Below are positions 55,818 through 64,000 of a stretch of DNA of 64,000 bases, one piece after another. Position 1 is the first letter of the stretch, and each line of letters opens with the position of its first letter. Source of the stretch: Lytechinus pictus (lineage: Eukaryota); assembly GCF_037042905.1 (NCBI RefSeq), contig NC_087251.1, positions 10,232,001 to 10,296,000 on the forward strand, written 5' to 3'. The notes below the pieces were generated by a model, which had not been told where the DNA came from, searched no databases, and was given only the letters and a program-made list of their open reading frames with translations. Made by a program: the position numbers and the translations under genes.

Positions 55818-56133
55818 CTGAATTAGGAACACTCCTGATGATGTTGCTACTGAGTTTGGTTTCGGAGCACGGCCTTCCATCTTGCTCCTCATCCCCCGTT
55901 TCAGTTTCTCCTCCTCGACTAGCTGCCTCTTCTGTTGCTGCCATTTGCCTGTAGAGGTCCCACATGTATTGAGGTGCCGTAGCGTTGGGCTTAGGTCGTG
56001 GTCGTTCGCTTAGACCCATAACCCGTAGAATCTTGCTCTCCATTTTACGGGTTAACGTCACATAATCCGGCGGAGCCGAGTCTGCTGTCAACAGCCATAT
56101 CAAAGTCAAGATCAAGACTTTCCAGACATCCAT
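55818..56133 (-). CDS. univin: Univin first coding exon (signal peptide and N-terminal prodomain)
   Basis: MDVWKVLILTLIWLLTADSAPP signal peptide, ILRVMGLSERPRP and APQYMWDLY prodomain motifs, SNIIRS. Donor G|GTGGGT at 55817. 316+863 nt = 392 aa plus stop. Confidence 0.95.
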
Positions 56134-56439
56134 TTTTAGCAGGGGTCTGTCGTTTACCAAACCTATCGCACTTTAGTTCACACTTTATTTTGGTACCCAA
56201 AACAGAACACACATCCACATCCACACGGTGACCGGTGTTTACTGTGCTTATCTTCGCTCTTAAAATTGGCGCGCACAAATCAATTCTGGTTGATTGAATT
56301 TCTCTTCATGATCCCAATGTTCGAAGATGGGAGATGATATGTTTGTATGATCGTACTTGAACCGAACTGCCAATCGAAACACTATTCTGGATTCAATCTT
56401 GGTTTCCCACGGTGGAGTTTGCGATGGGTAGGTAGCTAG

Positions 56440-56720
56440 ACCAAGGCGCTGCTAGATCTTCTTGCGAGCTCTGAGAGTTGGTTAAGAATAGTGGAAAGTT
56501 AGGATCTCGATCTCAGCAGTCTAGCCAGCCTAATTGGCCTGTAAGGATTGGCGGGAGGTCCGTAGGCATGGGGGTACCACACTGTGACCATTAATTACAC
56601 AATTAGCATTATACAAAGCTTCGTATTATTCAGATAACCGGATTTACTTGACCATAATGAAGCGGCTTTATCCAAACATTCTGCCTTTCTTTAATAACAC
56701 AATACATTGAGCGGGATACA
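56440..56720 (-). promoter_or_regulatory. Candidate univin proximal promoter
   Basis: Two CCAAT boxes (attgg 56533-56537 and 56547-56551), TTGGCGGG, Smad-like GTCT/AGAC, and a Sox + octamer-like site at 56602-56618, about 300-500 bp upstream of the ATG. Confidence 0.5.
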
Positions 56721-59261
56721 TTCCAAACAACAACGATGGATTATGACGGAAATAATATACCCTTGAACAGATAGTGTTCCTTTGTCGTAAAATGCTCCAG
56801 TATTCCATTTGGTAAGGATATTCATCATGAATATACCATTATATATTTTAAAAAAATGACGAATTGCTAGCTACAAAAGATCCTCACGCCATTTCGTGCC
56901 TCGGTCTAAATGTTAAAATGCTTTCGAAAGAAGAAAGTGTGCTACGAAGTACTTTTCTGGATCATAATATGGATAAGCCCACGGGCTTTTCCGTGTCATG
57001 AACGGTTCTCTCTGAAAGAAACAGATTGGGGGTGGGTGACGAAACTATGGAAAGGGAGAAAGAGTGATGGACGTCAGATGGAGTAAAATAGAGAGAACTG
57101 AAAGAAAAGTGTTTGAGGGAGGGATGTATTCTTTTGGAGGGAAAAATAGAGGAAACAAAGTGAATACAATATCTTCAAAATCATTTCAAATGTTGATAAT
57201 CGTTACAAACCAGTAAATTCGAAAAAAAAATCTTGACCCAACCTCGGTTAGATTTTGCTGATTAAGAATCAAGTACTCAATTAAACCTTGGTATAATGAT
57301 AAAATATCAGAAAGTAGTATCTTTGTGAGATAATAATGTGCGTTTGTTGTCAAAGTGGACGGAGAAAATTTTGTTTGAAAAGAGACATCGTTTAAAAGTA
57401 AGAAAAGGGCAAGGAAGTGTGAGGTCGAAACCTATAGTGGAAAGCATAAAAAATACAAGTAATTCATTTGAAATAAGATGATTGGGGGGAATAGGCTACA
57501 TTAATATATTAAGATAGACAGATAAAGATAATAAAATGATAAATACAGAAATATGAGAAAGATAGAAGAGAGAGAGAGAGCAGGAGGGGGGGGGGCAAGG
57601 AGGAAGAGTTGTTTGCCAACCAAGCTACCTGTTGAAAGACGTTTCACATGTGCATTGGGGATGAGAGTAGGAATGTTGGCACGCAATTATGTGGTGATCA
57701 GAGAGAAAACCAGGGATTATGGCCATACTGAAAGAAGAGATTCCCTCTAAAAAAAAAAACTCACCTCCAATAATCAATACATCAGAATTGATAAGACGGA
57801 CATGTTTTTCAAACCGCTTAACGACCCATTATCGACAATAGAGTTACTCAATTAGCTAAACACATACTTGTTGATTTAGCCGCTCTTGAGCACTCCTGGT
57901 TCGATGCTTTCCTTGTCCCAACAAAAGGACACTTGACAAAAGAGTCGAACTTTCAGTCGATACAGCTTTGCAACCTAATAGGCTTACAACTGTTGCTCTT
58001 TTTCAATTTACCAAACCTTTACTCACCCCTCCCTTTTCTTCCAAGCTTTCTTCAAATCCACAAACTGAGAAAGGACAAAATCGCGGAGCAGAAAGAAGGA
58101 ATGGGGGAGAAGGGGGGGGGGGGGGGGCAAAAGGGAGGTCTGTAACAAAAGATCACAGTTCTTGTATTCATGGATCCTATTTTCCATGTTGTATTGGAGG
58201 TGGATTTGGAGTAACTATAGAAAGAATTCTAGAATTGAGAATTTTCATTTGATTTTTTTTCTGTTTCAAAATTAACGTAATAATATCATGAAAAAATACG
58301 ATATAGCTCAGTGTATTTTAGACACAATTTACTCGATCAACAATATTAATAATAAAAACAAGAGCTTATAACGAAACAAAAAGTAAGATACATTTGGAAA
58401 AATTACTTAACTATATACCTTTTAGAAATTTTGATCATATCTTCCGACTCATGTCGCTATAATTCATAATAAAATGGCAACACAGATGGTTAAAATATAG
58501 ACCTGAAGTAAAATGAAAGAAACGATGTTAGAAAAAAAAGACAAATCAATTCGTGGTCAACAAATATTCACTCAGGCGTACCCACTGAGAATAATTTTTC
58601 TTTCAAAATTTTCGTCCATTTTTGTCCCTGGTAATTTCTTATCGAATGCATTAAATAATGTTTAGAATTGTAATGAATTTAAATATTCATAATTTTGTGT
58701 AACAAGGTATTTTAAAGGCTAAACTTTTGAAGTTTGTCAATCAATTGCACAAACATGTATGCCTATCAGTATTTTCAATATAAAATATTCTTTAAAATGA
58801 CATTTTTATGTACAATTCTAACCCTTATCAACTATTGAAAATAGCGAACACTATCTTACAATTTTCATGAATTTCTGCCCTCTAACGCAGCTGTTCCAAT
58901 TCCAATGACTTTTTGCAAGGTGTATATAAATAATATGAATATAGGCCCATAAATAAAATCAATGTGTACCAGGTATGCTATGGGAAATGGTACAGGGGTC
59001 ACGACGTGATCTTTGGATGGGATACCCTTCATTGATAACCAACATCCGTTCTTTTCCTTAGAGCTCTATCCTCTTAACATTCAATTCTTCAATTCCTATT
59101 CAAATAAACATTTATTCTCTTCCAATTCACAAAAGTCTACATTTTTGTAAAGAGAAATTCGTACAAAAATCAGTTTGTCATGAAGAACAAGTTATGTTTA
59201 TACAATAGAAGAAGGCGCAAGACCCTATAATCAAATACTCGTGAAGGGATACACCTGTATA

Positions 59262-59426
59262 CACTTTAAAAACGCTGTTTAGATTTTAAGCACGTTGTTT
59301 AAGCCCAACACTCTAACTTTAAACTTTTTGAACAAGTTGTTTAAAAAGTTTAAACAATTACAAAAATGTTTAAACAACTTGTTGTCAGAGCGACAGGCTT
59401 AAACAACGTGCTATTTTGTTAATGTG
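59262..59426. mobile_element. Degenerate palindromic CACT-type MITE
   Basis: Starts CACTTTAAAAA; 17-bp inverted pair AGCACGTTGTTTAAGCC / GGCTTAAACAACGTGCT; flanked by TA/TA. Confidence 0.65.
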
Positions 59427-60592
59427 TATACATAAATACAGTACATTATATATATTTTCTCTAACGAATATACATATATTTTCAAAAATATCTTTATATT
59501 TTTTCTCGATATTTTTTTCTCCCAAAACTAAGAAAGAAATAGGAAATGAGTTTTACCTCTTTCACACATACTCTATGATTCAAGAAAATATTGAGGACCT
59601 TTAAAAATTTGCGTTTTTAAAGAATTATCTTCAAATTGATTTTGTAATTTTTGTTCTTAATTTCATTTCAACAATCATTCATTATGCAGCGAATTTAGAA
59701 CACAATACAATGTAACACAAATTAAATACAATGAAATTGTGAAGAAAACCTGACATAAATATGAAATTCCTTTTTTCCCAGCAATTCGAATTCACTTCAA
59801 CTACTTTATGATGTATTGTTGGTCTGCAAGTTTATTCAAATGAAAGCAAGTTTACACAAAGCGCTTATCCAAATCAAAGCAATTCTGGCTTATTACTTTC
59901 GTAATTGATGAAGTAGTAAAACAAGTGCAGTAACCAGGTGGACATATTTTTTTATAATGAGATGCAATCTGAAAATAAATTGAAATCATCCGTATGACAG
60001 CGGTTTGGCGGCGGTTTGATTGTGAGTTGTCGACCACACATTCTCTTGGAACCGCCCATATTCTCTTAAAGGAATTTGGTACTATTTATTTAAAAACCGT
60101 AACAAGTCAGATTCTTTGCTATGTCACACATAATATGTCATAATTTAACAATGGTTTTAACCCTCCAAAAAGTTACCATACACCTCGAAGAAAGGTAAGG
60201 ATAAGTCGAATTTGGCATTAACCATGCTGGTGATAATGAACCGGGACCTAATGTAGTAATGTTTAATTATTTGTTGTTGTTTCTGTTGCAATAACATGGA
60301 TAATATTGGTTGAATGGTTGATATCTGGAGTTATTTTCATTGTCGTACTTAGTAAAATTGTAATTATTTATTTATTTTATATGTTTGTAAGTATATGTGC
60401 ACGTGTCCCTGGCTCTTAGATATTTGAAGTATACATCTGTCTAATATATCCATATCGTGTATTAACTCTATTGCCTTCATGAGTTCTTATTGCTACAAAA
60501 TTTTACCCTTGTTTGTAATTTCTATTTGATGTTTTGCACCTTAAAAAAATTCGAATATATATTATGAAATAAATAGATAATGACGTATAAGC

Positions 60593-60802
60593 CACTCTAA
60601 AAACAAATCAGTCAAAAGGACTAGTAACTCTGGTCAGCTGGGTGCAACTGTTATTCTAGTCATATTTGACCATTTTCTAGTCGTATTTTACTAGAACAGA
60701 GTTATTTCTGACTAGAATATACGTCAGAAATGTCACTAGACATATCAGTTGCACCCAGTTGAGTACTGATCTAGTCAATTTGACTGATTTGTTTTTAGAG
60801 TG
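60593..60802. mobile_element. MITE family B, copy 2 (inverted relative to copy 1)
   Basis: CACTCTAAAAACAAATCAGTCAAA...TTTGACTGATTTGTTTTTAGAGTG terminal inverted repeats. No clean TSD. Confidence 0.87.
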
Positions 60803-60847
60803 AGACAGATCGTAAATGACTAATGAATTTGATGAATAAATACAAAA

Positions 60848-61102
60848 CACTGTAAAAACAATATTGGGTAAAAGTTTTACCATCACGAGGGTAATTATGT
60901 GTCCAACCAATTTTGGGCAGTATTTTACCCAATGCGGGAAGCATATTGCCCAGTAAAGTTAAAAAATTAGCAGCAATTACTTTAGAATGGGCAAAATTTT
61001 CATCACACTGGATAAATAAAAATGCCCAAAAGAAATGCCCAATGTTGGTTGGACGCAATTACCCTCATGGAGCACTTTTACCCAATATTTTTTTTTATAG
61101 TG
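60848..61102. mobile_element. MITE family A, copy 3
   Basis: CACTGTAAAAACAATATTGGG...TATAGTG, TSD AA/AA; colinear with copy 2. Confidence 0.9.
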
Positions 61103-61279
61103 AACGACATGAATTGACCAATGAAGAGATATATCAATATTGAATGACTATTATGAAAATGAATAAATAATCATGATAACACAATTCTATGATTAAATGA
61201 ATAAGTATAATGATAAATATAGGGTCTTATCGATATGTTATTGGATGGTAAGAACCGTAAGATATATATTAAGGCTTTA

Positions 61280-61935
61280 TTTTTTTCCGCGCGAAAGAGC
61301 ATAGAGAGCGAGCGGTTTGGAAAAAAATCAAATCTGAAGTTTTTAAACTCGCTCTTTGGTCAATTACGGCACTAATTACTCTTAAAAGGGCATTCTTGCA
61401 AGATGTTTCGAGCGCGAATCGCGAGCTCAAACTTTTGGACATTTCATGTAATAAGACATGAAATGGAAACATTCCGAGCAGTTTTTGTAATCATGAAAAA
61501 CATGTGTATCTAACTAAAGAATTAATGCGTGAAGAGCGAGCCTAAATTTTCAGTATACTGACCAGAAAAGGTACCTGTTTAATTAAGGACTGCATTTAGT
61601 GACTCATGAATAGGATACATATTTCACAAATCGAAAACTGGACATCATAAGTATTTTTGTAACCATGAATGGGATGAGTACCTTACTAAACAATAATTAA
61701 TGCCAGCGCGAATCGCGAGTCAAATAAAATGTGATTTTTTAAACCTAAAATGTATTATATTGTACTTCAAAGAGAGTATTTCATTTTGAAAAAAAGGCTC
61801 ATTTCATTTTGAAAAAAGGGGCATTTTCAAATTAGAAAAAAGAAAATTTCCATTTTGAAAATCGCATTTTTTTCATACGGGGAATTTTTTTGGAGGGGGC
61901 GAGTGCCCCCTGCCCTCGGCTCCACCGCCCTTGCC
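61280..61935. repeat. Interspersed repeat with recurring GCGCGAA(T/G)CGCGAG units, ending in a G/C-run hairpin
   Basis: GCGCGAATCGCGAG at ~61412 and ~61706; repeated CATGAATAGGAT / AACTAAA blocks. Confidence 0.55.
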
Positions 61936-62393
61936 ATTACCTTCTGAAATAGAAATAAACCTAATATTCAGTGCCTCATAATTTCAATTTTTATTTTCAA
62001 TCTCAGATCCTTTTCTCTCCATGTTGATGCTCGTTGTACGATGTTCAATCTATTTTCTTTCTATTTGTCTAACGTTATCCCTAAAGTTCTGTTGGATTTA
62101 CGTTCAGGGTAAACCAATTTACCAATCTGCACATGAACGTTATCACTAATGTGTGTTGGAAGAGAATGAGCTGGCTTATTTCAAGCTCTGTAACTATTAC
62201 GGGGGCAATATAAATGGCACGCATTTACTTTGATTTAGCGATCATTGTCACTTTGCCTCTCTTACCCGGGCTAGCCTTCCCGAGAGGGTACCGGTATTTC
62301 AAGTTGATGATGGAGAGAACAGCCAAGTGATGAAATTCTATCAGAACCAACGAAACACAGTTTAACAAAACAAAATATAGCACCTATGATACT

Positions 62394-62497
62394 AGAGAGA
62401 GAGAGAGGGGGAGGAGAGGGGGGGGGGGGGGGAAGAGGGGGGGGGGAGAGTGGGAGGGGGAGAAGGGGGTGGGGAGGGGTGGTGGGGAGGGGGGGTG
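62394..62497 (+). repeat. G-rich purine tract (G-quadruplex-capable)
   Basis: Many consecutive runs of 3 or more G. Confidence 0.8.
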
Positions 62498-62757
62498 GTA
62501 TAACAGTTTTGCAACTATCGGGGCATAGGCTCAAGTACTATGCATGTAAATCATTGAGTAAAAAGAGTGACGTTCTATTCCATTTTTTCGTGAGTGCTTT
62601 AGTTGCCAGTTTTTGCTCTGCGACGTACGGGACTCTCAGCGACGGGGGGCGTATATCAGGGCCTTTTCACATTTATTACATTTCTTGATAACAAGAAATA
62701 CAAATCTTGATGTCAATGATTATATTTCTTGTTGTCAAGAGTTTAATTCTTCAGGCC

Positions 62758-63776
62758 AACAAGTGGAATGCCTCTGACAGTCTCGCCTGCATTACGCGTT
62801 TCAATATAGCAGCAGAACTGACTTTGAAAACAACTAATGAAAAAACACCTTTCATATGACAAAGAAAATACTATGTACACTGACCGTAAGGGACCTCTGA
62901 CCTTGATCATGTGACCTAATACGATAAGTGATACTTGTCCAAGTATCACTTATGTCGAAGTTTTACGATAAGCTAGATCCACAAACTTCCAAAGTTTTGA
63001 TGGTAATTTCAAGAAACACATCCAACATTGCCAAAGTTCATTGACCTTAGATAACATTTGACCTTGGTCATGTAACCTGAAACTCACGCAGGATGTTCAA
63101 CGATGCTTGATTAGTCTTATGAGTAAGTTTCATGAACTAGATCCATATACACTTAAATATCTGATGGAAAGTCAACAAATACCTCCAATATGGTCAAAGT
63201 TCATTGACCCTAATTACGAACTTTGACCTTAGTTATGTGACCTGAAATTCGTGCTGGATGTTTAGTGATACTTGATTGCTCTTATATCCAAATTTCATGA
63301 ACTAGATCAATAAACTTTCAAAGTAATGATGGCAATTCAACAAATACCCCAACATGGCCAAAGTTTGTTGACCCTAAATGACCCTTTACCTTGGTCATGT
63401 TACCTCAAACTCTTGCAGGATAAACCATTATTCTTATATATCCAAGTTTCATGAACTAGATCCATAAACCTTTAAAGTTATGACATTTCAAAAATGTAAC
63501 CTTGGTTAAGATTTTGACGTAAATTCCCGCCAACAAGGTCTAAGTTCATTGACCCTAAATGACCTCTGAATTTGATCATGTGATCTGAAACTCGTATAGG
63601 ATATCCAGTAATACTTGATTACATCAATGTATAAGTTTCATGAACTAGGTCTATGTACTTTCTAAGTTATGACATTTCGAAAACTTAACCTTAGTTAAGA
63701 TTTCAATGTTGACGACGCCACCGCCGCCGTCGGAAAAGCACCCATAGTCTCGCTTTGCTATATGCAGGCGAGACAA
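62758..63776 (+). mobile_element. Helentron/DINE-1-like non-autonomous element with a central tandem array
   Basis: Starts AACAAG; subterminal IR GTCTCGCCTGCAT (62780-62792) / ATGCAGGCGAGAC (63762-63774); 3' hairpin GTCTCGC..GCGAGAC; (GAC/GCC)n micro-repeat; ~5 internal units. Confidence 0.75.
62890..63700. repeat. Tandem array of ~5 diverged 154-189 bp units
   Basis: CTAG anchors (mostly within AAGTTTCATGAACTAG) at 62973, 63137, 63302, 63456 and 63645. Confidence 0.9.
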
Positions 63777-63874
63777 TTATTGTTGGATTCTTGATATAAA
63801 ATGTATTTCTCGATATCAAGAAATAGGAATAATGTGTGGAAAAGGCTTGCCATACGCCCTTGTCGTTGAGAGGA

Positions 63875-64000
63875 TTTATTTCCATTTGGTCTAATGCCAA
63901 TTCGTCCAATTGCCAACTCGTCTACTTTCATTTGGTCTTCCATCAGTTCGTCCAATATCCACATGGTCTAATTGCCATTTTGTCCATTCACCATTACATC
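63875..64000. repeat. Start of a ~14-16 bp minisatellite-like repeat, truncated by the window end
   Basis: Recurring CCA(A/T)TT(G/C)GTC(T/C)AA units. Confidence 0.7.

Larger units (their letters stand above)
62633..63872. mobile_element. TIR element interrupted by a nested insertion
   Basis: CTCTCAGCGACGGGGGGCGTAT... pairs with ...ATACGCCCTTGTCGTTGAGAG; 2-bp TSD GA/GA; TCTTGATA/CAAGAAATA subrepeats on both sides of the insert. Confidence 0.75.

Noticed and set aside
56438..56460. Canonical BMP-responsive/Schnurri element in the univin promoter
   Set aside because: GGCGC and AGAC/GTCT are present, but the spacing does not fit GRCGNC-N5-GTCT.
62890..63700. CRISPR-like array
   Set aside because: Units are similar along their whole length with no unique spacers and no cas genes, in a eukaryotic context.

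Overview
AT-rich animal genomic DNA, almost certainly sea urchin; Lytechinus-like is my recollection of the proteins and is not verified. The window holds two intact, same-orientation, minus-strand TGF-beta genes in tandem. univin (Vg1/GDF1-like) has coding exons 56133-55818 and 49618-48756 (392 aa). bmp2/4 lies downstream, with coding exons 13265-12914 and 6000-5108 (414 aa) and a probable non-coding first exon ending at ~22107. The rest is intronic/intergenic: many non-autonomous DNA transposons (CACT-ended, TTAA-flanked Kolobok-like, Harbinger-like, hAT-like), tRNA-derived SINEs, a Helentron/DINE-like element with a ~165-bp tandem array nested inside another TIR element, microsatellites and candidate cis-regulatory modules. 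The univin-bmp2/4 linkage is already known. I see no clearly new biological system. The best leads are a Sox-Oct composite-like site upstream of univin, a possible spliced antisense/captured unit in the univin intron, the nested transposon, and biochemical contrasts between the two ligands.
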